From assembly GCA_964016885.1 (NCBI GenBank), contig OZ024741.1, positions 306,466,001 through 306,530,000 on the forward strand: 64,000 nucleotides of DNA. The letters run 5' to 3'. The notes under the pieces are model-generated. The model worked only from the letters and a program-made list of their open reading frames with translations. It had not been told where the DNA came from and searched no databases. Source of the DNA: Eledone cirrhosa (Eukaryota). Positions within the stretch are counted from its first letter, which is position 1. Every line of letters begins with the position of its first letter. Below, in pieces: positions 52,919 to 64,000 of this stretch. The translations under genes were made by a program, and so were the position numbers.

Positions 52919-52949
<31 letters not shown>

Positions 52950-53186
52950 AGTATGTATGCATACGTACATACATATATGTATACAGACGTACAGTAGCAT
53001 GCATATATATATATATATATACATATATACATACAGGTACACATACATATATGTACGCATCAGTTTAGCGGACGCTTATTATAGCGCCCGCTTTGTTTCG
53101 TTTGTAAACAAACTGAACAGCCCGAATCTATGCCGCACAGTGTTAAGGCAACCACGTCACCTTTTCGTTCAACACTGACACAGGAA

Positions 53187-53227
53187 CGATGTACTAGTTT
53201 CAAGCTTGTTAGCTATCATCAGCACCG
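53187..53227 (-). ncRNA. Minimal type I hammerhead ribozyme
   Basis: CGGUG CUGAUGA UAGCU-AACA-AGCUU GAAA CUAG UA CAUCG. Confidence 0.85.
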
Positions 53228-53405
53228 TATACCCATCTGCCAGATAGTTGAACGTTCGAAAGTATATACTTTCCTTATGAAAATTAACGACTGAGCAGCC
53301 TAATTTGCATATCGAGTGAGTTAAATCGGTCAGGCGCACCGAAAACGATGAGTTGTAATAAAAGTATATACTTTCGCATGTTCAACTATCTGGCAGATGG
53401 CTATA

Positions 53406-53446
53406 CAGTGCTGATGATAGCTAACAAGCTTGAAACTAGTACATCG
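53406..53446 (+). ncRNA. Minimal type I hammerhead ribozyme
   Basis: CAGUG CUGAUGA UAGCU-AACA-AGCUU GAAA CUAG UA CAUCG, with one stem I mismatch. Confidence 0.8.
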
Positions 53447-53598
53447 TTCCTGTGTCAGTGTTGAACAAAAAGGTAACGCGGTTGCCTTAACACCGTGCGG
53501 CATAGATTCGGGCTGTTCAGTTTGTTTACAAACGAACAAAGCGGGCGCTATAATAAGCGTCCGCTAAACTGATGCGTACATATATGTATGTGTACCTG

Positions 53599-53638
<40 letters not shown>

Positions 53639-53999
53639 TGCTACTGTACGTCTGTATACATATATGTATGTACGTATACATACATACTTACATTTAAGTA
53701 AGTGCCATACTAAGAGTGAGAAATTTTTATTACAACTTATATATATATATATATATATGCATATACATATATATATAGCATTATGAACAGGTAGATATTT
53801 AAATCATTTTTTAATTTATTTAAAGGATTGTTTAATGTTTGTTTGTTCTGCTCATCAATTTTTATAGTTCTGGTATCTCGAATTAGTACCATAGAACAAC
53901 AATTATATTATAGACACCCTATATATCTCTATGGGTACTTAGTACTCAGTGAGATATTTACCTCATTTTTATATATATATACATATACAGATATACAGT

Positions 54000-54030
<31 letters not shown>

Positions 54031-54038
54031 TTATATAT

Positions 54039-54105
<67 letters not shown>

Positions 54106-54124
54106 TATATACATACATATATAT

Positions 54125-55802
54125 CATCATCATCATCATCATCAACATTTAACGTCCGTGTTCCACGCTTGCATGGGTTTGGACGGGGGTATTCCCACTT
54201 GAGGCAAGAGTGATTGTCTTGCTCGCATAGGACTGTCTGGCAGGTTTTCTACAGTTGGATGCCCTTCCTAACACCAACCACATTTACAGTGTGGGACTGG
54301 GAGGTTTTTACCGTGTTGCCTACACGGCCACATTACAGCGTGGACTGTGTGTTTTTTTTGTCGTGACACCTACACGATCTCATTTGTTTCGGCCTGGATG
54401 TTGTGGCACCAACATAACTTTACATAGGAGGGGGTGGTGTGGATGGGGGTGGTGGGACGGGGTTGTTAGAGATGCCTACTGGCTGGTGTAGGTTTTACTA
54501 TGTATTTAGGTAAGGCGGGTCTTCTCTATTACTGAGTACCGCCAAAGGTCTCGGTCCAGTGACATTGTCTTGGAGAGGTGTAAGTGTGTGAGGTCGGAGT
54601 TTATCAGCTCGTCCCAGGATTTTCTAGGTCTGCCTATTCCGTGGCTACCGTCTATCTTTATTGCCCTGCACTTTGTTATACAGCTATCGACTTTCATGCG
54701 CATCACGTGTCCGTACCAACGTAGCCTTCTCTTGAGTAAACAACATCTGATCCCTCTTATTTCTAATTTTTTCCTTAGTTCGTTTATGCTTTGCCGTTCA
54801 CGTATATTACTATTACACATCCAGCGGAGCATGCAAGCTTCGTTCCTCTCTAGTCTGCGTATATCCTCTGCGCACAATGCCCAGGTCTCACTGCCATGCA
54901 ACATTGCTGTTCGTATGCAGGCATCATACAACCTGCCTTTCATTTTTAGGGAGAACCCTTTAGCGGCTAATAGTGGTATAAGCTCTCTGAACTTTTTCCA
55001 TCCAGTTCTGACTCTAGCTACTGTACTTTCGGAGCACCCTCCCCCACTGCTGATTTTGTCATCCAGGTAACGGAAGCTGTCCACTATTTCTATAGAGCCC
55101 TCTGCGCAATTGAAAGAGTTAGTATTTTGTGGGCACTCGCTGCTACTTATTGCACCAGAGCACCGCCCACATGTAAAATCTAAGTTCTTAGTTAGCTTAC
55201 CTGTGATCCCACTACATCTTTTATGCACCCAAACTTTGCATTTGGGACATAAAATGGAGTTTCTACCTACGCCTTTCCTACACACTGAGCATGGCCATTT
55301 CCCGGAAGGGACCGCCACCTTATTTTCTTTCCTACAAACTAGAACTTTAGTCTTAGCCAGGTTAATTTTAAGGCCTTTTGATTCTAGGCCGTGCTTCCAT
55401 GTTTGGAATTTCTTCTCTAGCTCGGCCATTGATTCAGCTATGAGTGTCAGGTCGTCTGCGTATAGGAGTTCCCATGGGCAGCCGGTCTTGAACTCCTCTG
55501 TTATAGCCTGAAGGGCAATAATAAATAGTAGGGGGCTGAGAACAGAGCCCTGATGGACGCCAACTTTTATGCTAAACTCTTCACTATATTCGTTGTTAAT
55601 TCTAACCTTGCTGACTGTTTCTTTATACATGGCTTGTATAGCTCTCACAAGCCATTCGTCGACACCTAGTTTTCTAAGGGCCCACCAGATAATGGAACGG
55701 GGGACTCTGTCGAAGGCTTTCTCCAAGTCGACAAAAGCTAAGTAGAGGGGTTTACCTTTAGCTAGGTACTTCTCCTGTAGTTGACGTACAATGAAAAGAG
55801 CG
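54125..55802 (-). mobile_element. RTE-clade LINE (PHD-in-RT family), 5'-truncated
   Basis: Open ORF nearly identical to that of 25026-26710. Further 3'-end-only copies at ~55897-56255, 57693-58070 and 29115-29270. Confidence 0.95.
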
Positions 55803-55818
55803 TATATATATATATATA

Positions 55819-55878
<60 letters not shown>

Positions 55879-58119
55879 TATATATATATGTACATATCAT
55901 CATCATCATCATCACCGTTTTACATCCATTCTTCCACGCTAACATAGATTAGACGGGTTGTCCTGTTGTGAGCAATGCCAGGTCAGGTGACCATGAGTTG
56001 CTCATACGAAACTGATTTTGGCTTGATTTCTACAGCTGGATGCCCTTCCTAACACCAATCTCATTTACAGTGAGTACTGGGTGGTTTTTTACCATAGTGC
56101 CTACACGACCACTTTACAGTGTGGACTGGGTGATTTTTGTTCTGACACCTACACAACCACTTTACAGTGGGAGGGGGTGGGGGCATACTGACTATATGCT
56201 TCAGCTTCAGCTGGTACCCATGGGAAGTTGGGTCTTCTTTATTACTGTGTGATGCTAGAGGTCAAGGTCCTTGTATGCACGTATGGGATCTTATGAAGGT
56301 CTGTCTTTTTATCCCTTTGTTCCTTGTTTCTTGTTCTCCATATGTATACCTACTTTTGTATTTATGCATGACCTTTGTTCCGTTTGTTCCTATGTTCTCC
56401 ATATTTGTACCTGAATTTATATCTATGTTTTTCTGTCCCTATATTCACTTCCTACAGCTTACTTCCACAGTCTAACAGCCTTTTTTGTTGGACATGGTTG
56501 CCACCTGTGATAGTATTAATACCATTGTAGTTACAACTAACTACTATTGTGTTTAATTATTATTCTGCACTGTGATTATTGCTGGCCATTATTAATGGAT
56601 TGGCAGTATCGGTAGAAGGTCGGACGCCATGCTTTCCAGCATAGTTACGTCCCTTTACGATCTGAGTTCAAATCCCGCCAAGGTTGACTTTGCCTTTCAT
56701 CCTTACGGGATCGATAAAATAAAGTACCAGTAATGCACTGGGTAATTGCTGGCCTTGTGCCTAAAGTAGAAACAATTATTATGTTAGTACTGTTATTAAG
56801 AATTATTATTATTAGAATTTGTTTACAGCGACCCGCACCACCAGGTCTTTTTGTTGCCGTTGTCACCAAGATGGGTTCATTACTGGTGTTGTTGTTGTTG
56901 TTAGTGTTGCCACTGCCTGGCTCTTGGGTAGGGTGTACTCACTGCCATTAACTGGGTACTGATATCACTACTACTGTGACGACTAGTGTGGGCAATGGGC
57001 GGTGTTGCTGTTGTTGCCGTTGTTGTTGTTATCACTGTTGTCTTGAGGATGGATGCCATCAAGTATGTTTATCGCCCTACCTCAGAGTTCCATTTATTGT
57101 TGTGGTTGTTGTCGTTGTTGTCGTTATTGTTGTTAGTGGGGTATTACTATCACTACGACTGCTGCGGCCAGTGTAGGCGACGTTGGCCGGTGTTTGCTAC
57201 TGTTGTCGTTGTTGTAGCTGTTGTCTTGAATCTGGCTGTCAACAAAATATATACCTCACAATCCCTCAGCGTTCCGTTTATTACTTCCATTATCTACTGG
57301 ATTCTGGCTACGCATAGACTATCGTTTGATACAGATCAACACAACATAATTGAGGGGTTACCTTTCTGCTGATTTACGACCAAATCCGTGGGGTATGCGT
57401 AAATCCTAATTTCGCAAATTGACACATGGATAGCATTTTACTCCGGTAAACACGAAGGCTAGGAGACTCTTTCAGGAACTCATATGTCTGCTGGATGCGT
57501 GAGCAGAAGGATGTATGGAGTTTTTTTCCTGTCGGCTACACATCACAAAATTGAATTTCACCTGAGGTTACCGTTCTCATAACAGCAACAAATGCTTGAA
57601 TCACATTTTGATTGCATGGGAGAACCGTTGAAATAATTATAATGAGTAAACAATTTATGTAACATCAGCATTAATGTTATTATATATATATACATCATCA
57701 TCATCATCATCATCAACGTTTAACGTCCGTGTTCCACGCTTGCATGGGTTTGGACGGGGGTAGTCCCACTTGTCTTGCTCGCATAGGACTGTCTGGCAGG
57801 TTTTCTACAGTTGGATGCCCTTCCTAACACCAACCACATTTACAGTGTGGGTCTGGGAGGTTTTTACCGTGTTGCCTACACGGCCACATTGCAGCGTGGA
57901 CTGTGTGTTTTTTTGTCGTGACACCTACACGATCTCATTTGTTTCGGCCTGGATGGTGTGGCACCAACATAACTTTACATAGAACGGGGTGATGTGGATG
58001 GGGTGGGGGTGGTGGGACGGGGGGGGGGAGGTATTTTGTTAGAGATGCCTACTGGCTGTAGTAGGTTTTACATACATATATATATATATACACTAAATGC
58101 CCACTAATGCCCACTAAAC

Positions 58120-59990
58120 GGGGAGTGCTTCGTTAAAAACATTGTTTACCGGTGCGATGTCACAGCTGGCAATAAAGAGTACTCATATATAGGGGCGACC
58201 TCCACTACGTTTAAGGAGTGCTGGTATAACCATAGAATCTCCTTTAAACATAGGCTGAAACGATCCCAAACTAGACTGGCCGATTTGATCTGTGACCTCA
58301 AGGACAGGAACATCGAATCCCAGATCACATGGTCAGTCAAAAGATGCGTGGTGCAATTCCCCAGTGACAGAAACCACTGCAGGTTATGCCTGGCCGAGGC
58401 GGCAGAAATTATTAAATTAAAATCTGCCATAAACTATAGGTCGGACATAATTATCAACTGCAGACACACCAGGCTGAGTACATTTTCTGCACAAACAACA
58501 TAATAATAACCACCTTTGCCCCGTCTCAACATCCCTCATCTCAGTGCATTTGTTTTATTACATGTAACGATTTGTAAGCCCATATTTTGTATATCATGCC
58601 GCATACATCACCCCCACCAAAAATCACATCGCCATACACCCCGCATCTTAGTAACATTGTGTTCTATCTGTCCTCTCTGTCAAGTTTTACCTTGTAATCC
58701 ATAGTAACATCTGATCCTGTAAATATAATGTCGATCATATCACCCCATCGCCACCACCACCACCACCACTGCACACATCGCTATATCTCTACCATCCCAC
58801 ACCCGGAACCTTATTCCCCCATGTTCCCTCTGTCTGCCTTAACCTACAACCCCTTGCAAAATTCGATCCTGTAAATGTACTGTTGCACACACCACCACCG
58901 CCACCACTAGCTACATCCCCATACTTCAATAATCATTAACATCATTAACATCACCAACCGATATCATCCCTCACTCCCAGAACGACTGTGTTATATCTGC
59001 CCTCTCTGTCAGCTTTACCCTGTAACCCACCGTAACATCTGATCATGTATATATATGTATGTATATATATTGTTGAACATATCACCCCACCACCACTACC
59101 ACCACCATGACCACACACATCGCTATACGTCCACAAACCTTTTTTCCCCGTGTTCCCTATGTCACTTTTTAACCTGTAACCCATCTTATAATTCAATCCT
59201 GTATATTTTTTGTCGCTCACAACTCCACCACCGCCACCACAAGGCACAACTCCATACCTCAACAATCATTAACATCATTATCATCGCCAACACATACCTT
59301 CCTTCCCGAACCTACGCAAGTGTGTGTCTGTGTGTAAGTGTATTTATATGTACAACGCCATCTCCATTGGCTCTCACCCTCCCTCTATCTATGACTATGC
59401 CACCCCCACTGAAACTCCACCCCCTCTCTATATATACACACGCGCGCATGCATATGTGTGTATATATGTATATAGGTGTATGTGTGGGTGTGTATATATG
59501 TCAGTATATATACGCATGTGTATGTATACGTTTTTGTCAGACTAAGAGTGTCTAGGTATGTATCTCCCCACGGATTTGACACCACAAACACATCCACCAC
59601 ACCACCATAAACACCACTACCATAAGCAACAACACCACACCCACACCACACACAATAATCAGCCACAAATATACGCCAATCTGTCTAGCGACAATCCACT
59701 ACCCCCAAACCACAGCCCATCCCAGCCAGCGACCGTCACCACCATCTTATCATCACATCCACCCCCACATACACTACAGGCGTAAACATCCCTATGATCT
59801 TTTCCACCAATGAAAACAATTCATATTGACCAACATATGAACTTCTGACTTTACCATATAACATGTATTCATTTTCTCCTAGCATTTTAAAGGGCCCGTC
59901 GAGCTGCCGATTATAGAGTCGGGTAAGATCGATACAGATCGAAACTTGAGCTGATCAGTGGCGAAACGCGCGTGACCTACCAATAAATGT
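58120..59990 (+). mobile_element. Penelope-like 3' fragment (GIY-YIG) with a long 3' region of CAC-rich subrepeats and a degenerate hammerhead-like end
   Basis: Encodes IVYRCDV...YIGATSTTFK...CRLCLAE. Subrepeats at ~58700-59290. GCGAAACGCGCG followed by AATAAA near 59961-59987. Confidence 0.7.
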
Positions 59991-60035
59991 AATGAAGGAG
60001 TAACCAATCGTCATTGTTATCCTTTCAATATATAC

Positions 60036-60068
<33 letters not shown>

Positions 60069-60171
60069 CATATATGTATACATATGTAGGAGGTGAGTTT
60101 TATTGTAGTACAATAAAGCAATGCAGATATCGGATAAGAAGCACTCTACAGTTTGTAGGACTGGAGTATAC

Positions 60172-60535
60172 ATAATATATAAGATCAAAAGATGGTTAAA
60201 GGAGTTCCATGTATTTTATTATGCGCATATCAAAAACAAACATCATCATGCAATAATATTTGTGTTTTCATCAGATAAAACAGGAGGACATGATATGAAG
60301 GCCAAAAAACACTTGTGGATAGTGCAGTTTTAAATCAACATATGTTGATAGTGCAGTTTTAAATCAATATGTTGATTTAAAACTGCACTATCCACAAGTG
60401 TTTTTTGGCCTTCATATCATGTCCTCCTGTTTTATCTGATGAAAACACAAATATTATTGCATGATGATGTTTGTTTTTGAAATGCGCATAATAAAATACA
60501 TGGAACTCCTTTAACCATCTTTTGATCTTATATAT
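60172..60535. repeat. Palindrome with ~165-bp arms, each carrying a hammerhead motif
   Basis: ORFs 60121..60333(+) and 60377..60583(-) share nearly the same peptide. Confidence 0.95.
60430..60496 (+). ncRNA. Type I hammerhead ribozyme with a long stem II; the mirror copy at 60214-60280(-) has GAAA>GAUA
   Basis: UUUUAU CUGAUGA [AAACACAAAUAU...AUGUUUGUUUUU] GAAA UGCGCA UA AUAAAA. Confidence 0.75.
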
Positions 60536-60714
60536 ATGTATACATATATATATATATACATACATATACATATATATATACATATATATAATTGGAAATT
60601 AGTAAAATCGAATCTCTGGCGGTTTGCAAGTAAATTCGGCCTACTTATATGAAATGATGAGTTAGCAAATAAATCGATAAGATATATATATATATATATA
60701 TATATATTCATGTA

Positions 60715-63700
60715 TATCATCATCATCATCTTCACCGTTTTACGTCCGTTCTTCCACGCTAGCATGGGTTAGACGTGCTGTCCTGTTATGGGCAGTGTCC
60801 AGTCAGCTGACCTGGTCTTGTTCATATAGGAACTGATTCTGGCTTGATTTCTACAGCTGGATGCCCTTCCTAACACCAACCTCATTTACAGTTAGTGCTG
60901 GGTGCTTTTTTTCCGTGGCGAGTAAACGTCCACTTTACAGTGAAGGCTGGGTGCTTTTTGCTGAGGTACCTCCACGACCACTTTGCAATGAGAAGGGGGG
61001 GGAGGGGTTATTGTCTATATGCTTCAGCTTCGGCTTGTTCCTGTGGGAAGTCGGGTCTTCTGTATTACTGTGTGACGCCAGAGGTCACAGTCGCGTGTCA
61101 TTGCCCTTGAGAGGTGCAATTGAGTAAGGTCAGCTTTTATCACCTCATCCCAGGTCTTCTTGGGTCTCCCCACTGCATGGTTTCCATCGACTTCTACTGC
61201 TCTGCACCTTTTTATGCTGCTGTCATCCTTCATACGCATCACATGTGCATACCAATGTAACCTCCTCTGCTGCACACAGCATTTGATTCCTCTTATGCTC
61301 AGTCTCTCTCTCAATTCATTTATACTTTGCCGTTCGTGTATTACACATCCATCGGAGCATGCAAGCCTTGTTTCTTTCTAATCTACGCAAGTCTTCTACA
61401 GACAGCGCCCAGGTTTCACTACCATGTAACATTGCTGTTCGGATACACGCATCATACAGTCTGCCTTTCATTTTGAGGGAGAAGCCTTTTGCAGCTAGCA
61501 GTGGCAGTAGCTCCCTGAAATTCTTTCATCCCGTTCTTACCCTAGTTATTGTACTTTCCGAACATAGACCTCTGCTGCTAATTTGGTCACCTAGGTAGCA
61601 GAAGCTGTCTACTGTTTCTACAGGGCCCTCCCAGAGTTTGGTCGTGCTTGTTTCCTGTGGTCGTTTGCTGCTTGCTGTCTCAGCGCAGCTGCTACATATG
61701 AAACCTACATTCTTAGTTAAACTTCCTGAGATCCCACTACTTCTCTTGTGTACCCATTATTTGCATTTGGGGCAGAGGATGGAGTTCTTATCTACACCTT
61801 TCCTACATACTGAGCAAGGCCATTTCCCTGAGGGGATCTGGGTTCTGTTTCCTTGTCTACTTACAAGAACCTTAGTCTTTGTCAGGTTGACTTTGAGACC
61901 CTTTCTTTCTAGTCCCTGCTTCCATGCTTGGAATTTCTCCTCTAGTTCCACCATGGATTCAGCTATAAGTGCGAGATCATCCCCATATAGGAGTTCCCAT
62001 AAGCATCCCGTCTTAAACTCCTCCGTTATTGCCTACAAAACTATAATGAACAGGAGAGAGCTAAGAACAGAGCCCTGGTGGACACCAACCTGTATGTTAA
62101 ATTCCTCTCTATAGTCATTGCTAACTCTAACTTTACTGACTGCTCCTCTATACATGGCTTCTACAGCTTTCACAAGCCATTCATCTACTCCTAATTTTCT
62201 AAGAGCCCACCAGAATATAGCACGGGGGACTCTGTCGAAGGCTTTCTCCAAATCGATGAATGCCAGGTAGAGCGGCTTACTTTTAGCTAGGTACTTTTCC
62301 TGAAACTGCCTCACAAGGAAGAGGGCATCAGCGGTGCCTTTTCCTAGTACAAACCCAAATTGCATCTCATCTAGTTTCACCCGGTCCCTAATCAACTGTG
62401 CTATATCTCTTTCCATTACTTTCATGACCTGGTCCATCAGCTTTATACCTCTATCTAGTGCATCACCTTTACCTTTGTAGCAGTTGACAATGATGCTGCT
62501 GTACCAATCCTTTGGTATGACACCCTCTATTAATACCTGGTTAACAATTTGTGTGGTTATGGTGTGACCTACCGACCCAGATGCCTTCAGCATCTCAGCA
62601 GCTATACTCGATGGACCGGTTGCCTTCCCTGTCTTCATATCTTTGATTGCCTTACTTACTACACTGCTGCTGACTTGTACTGCTGGCCCCTCTATAGGGT
62701 CCACTTCGGGTAGGGTCTCTTTTTCCCATGCATTCTCCTCGTTTAGTAATCTTTCATAATGGCTCTTCCATGCAGCTTTCTTCTCGGCACTTGTGAAGGC
62801 AAGCTCACCATTATCATTCTGGATACACTTCTCTCCAATGACATCACAATTCTCACTGACACACTGCCTCGCAATCTTGAACACCTCCTGTTTCTGGTCC
62901 TCACGTTGCAAAACATGCTTGAATTTTCTATCCTCTGCTTCCCTTCTAGCTAAGTATACTTGTTGCCTAGCTTCCCTCCTGGTCTCTATGTAATGTACCC
63001 TGCTAACCCTGTTCTTCCATTCTTTCCATGCCTGTCTCTTAGCCTTAACTGCCTCATCTACCTTATTGTTCCACCACCAAGTCATTCCTCCTCCCCGTGG
63101 ACTTGCTCCAACCACATATCTCATCCGTCACCTTTAGTAACTTATCTTTTAGGAACTCCCAGTGCTCTTCTACATTCAATGTCTCTATCTGTTCTTCTTT
63201 ACTGTCATAGTCGTCGAGTAGAATATCTTTATTTCTGTTACTGACTGAGAGGTCTTTCAGCTTCCAGATCTTTCTTCTCCAGGTTGCCTTCTGTTTCCAA
63301 GTTCGTCTAGTTCTGAGAGTGAGGTCGCTGACAACTAAGTTATGTTGCAAGGTACATTCCTCAGCAGGGAAGGCTTTTGTGTTTACAACCGTCCATCTAT
63401 CACGTCATCTGATGAGGATAAAATCTATCTGACTAGAATGCTCCCCTGATCTATAGGTGATCAGGTGGTTGTCAGGTTTTTTTAAGTTTGTGTTACATAT
63501 CGACATGTCATTAGCGTCGCAGAATTCCAGAAGCCTGAAGCCTTCTTCATTTCTTGTGCCAAATCCGTGGCCTCCATAGAAGCCGTCATGGTGCTTACCA
63601 ACGTGTCCGTTAAAATCTCCTGCAATGATTAGGAAGTCATTGTCGTTTGTTAGGGCAGTTAGTGTGCATTAGGGACTTGTAAAACCTATCCTTAAGTTCG

Positions 63701-63872
63701 TCTGGCAATGCTGATTGGGGTGCATAAGCTGATACTAATGTGGCAATTGTTTTATTCAGGACTAATCTGAGTTTAATGATTCTTGCGTTCACCCTGTTCA
63801 CTGAGATTACCTTATAAACCGATTTGTCAGCTAATAGTATACCTACACCTCCCATCCCGTTGTATTTCGCAC
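60715..63872 (-). mobile_element. RTE-clade LINE (same subfamily as 47400-50922), truncated in the endonuclease, degenerate
   Basis: Encodes GVGILLADK, WWWNNKV, FIDLEKAFD and GVHQG, with a (GAT)n tail. Confidence 0.95.
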
Positions 63873-63884
63873 CCAGAAAAAAAA

Positions 63885-63924
<40 letters not shown>

Positions 63925-64000
63925 TTCCATATTCACAGGTATGTATATCAAGATAGAAATTGGGTGAAAGTGGTAAATATAGTGATTTTCACTACATTCT

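Larger units (their letters stand above)
52945..53738. repeat. Head-to-head palindrome of two retrozyme-like units, related to the 27-kb array
   Basis: Arms ~52945-53272 and ~53361-53693 are reverse complements. They share the hammerhead, the octamer region (spacer) and the ctaagagtg(a/g)gaaat end with the 420-bp unit. Confidence 0.9.

Noticed and set aside
20010-56775. tRNA-like A/B boxes
   Set aside because: They are SINE heads continuing into SINE bodies, not tRNA genes.
56820-57240. Thr/Asn-rich low-complexity stretch that could be a mucin-like exon on the minus strand
   Set aside because: Stops occur in the frames I read and no convincing splice pair was found. It is probably degenerate (AAC)n sequence.
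57530-57680. Minus-strand stretch with hydrophobic and Cys-containing translations, a possible signal-peptide exon
   Set aside because: The hydrophobic frame has no in-frame ATG and the 6-Cys pattern is absent. It cannot be supported without transcripts.
59893-59978. Hammerhead-like end of the Penelope fragment
   Set aside because: The core reads CCGUCGA and the cleavage position is G, so it is counted only as a decayed relic.

Overview
AT-rich, repeat-dense animal genomic DNA. The SINE and LINE families suggest a cephalopod such as Octopus; this is an inference. The only host gene seen is on the minus strand. It has six short exons (37478-37329, 24452-24300, 18997-18824, 5128-4940, 4410-4237, 478-317), all phase 1-1, each encoding one 6-Cys pacifastin/VWC-like module. 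They splice into a 1002-nt open frame whose start and end were not identified. The introns and upstream region hold RTE, R4/Dong, CR1, Tx1-like and Penelope-like retroelements, two tRNA-derived SINE families, Helitron and MITE remnants, and (TA)n/(ATGT)n microsatellites. Three features stand out. (1) About ten type-I hammerhead ribozyme motifs from several families, none represented in the ORF track. They include a 420-bp tandem retrozyme-like array (26.8-27.95 kb) and a head-to-head palindromic relative (52.9-53.7 kb). (2) A ~1-kb inverted copy of a host exon plus its downstream intron, captured inside a CR1 element and starting exactly at the splice acceptor. It predicts a long pre-mRNA duplex over a coding exon. 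(3) Microsatellite-nested retroelements and a SINE that shares the RTE 3' tail.
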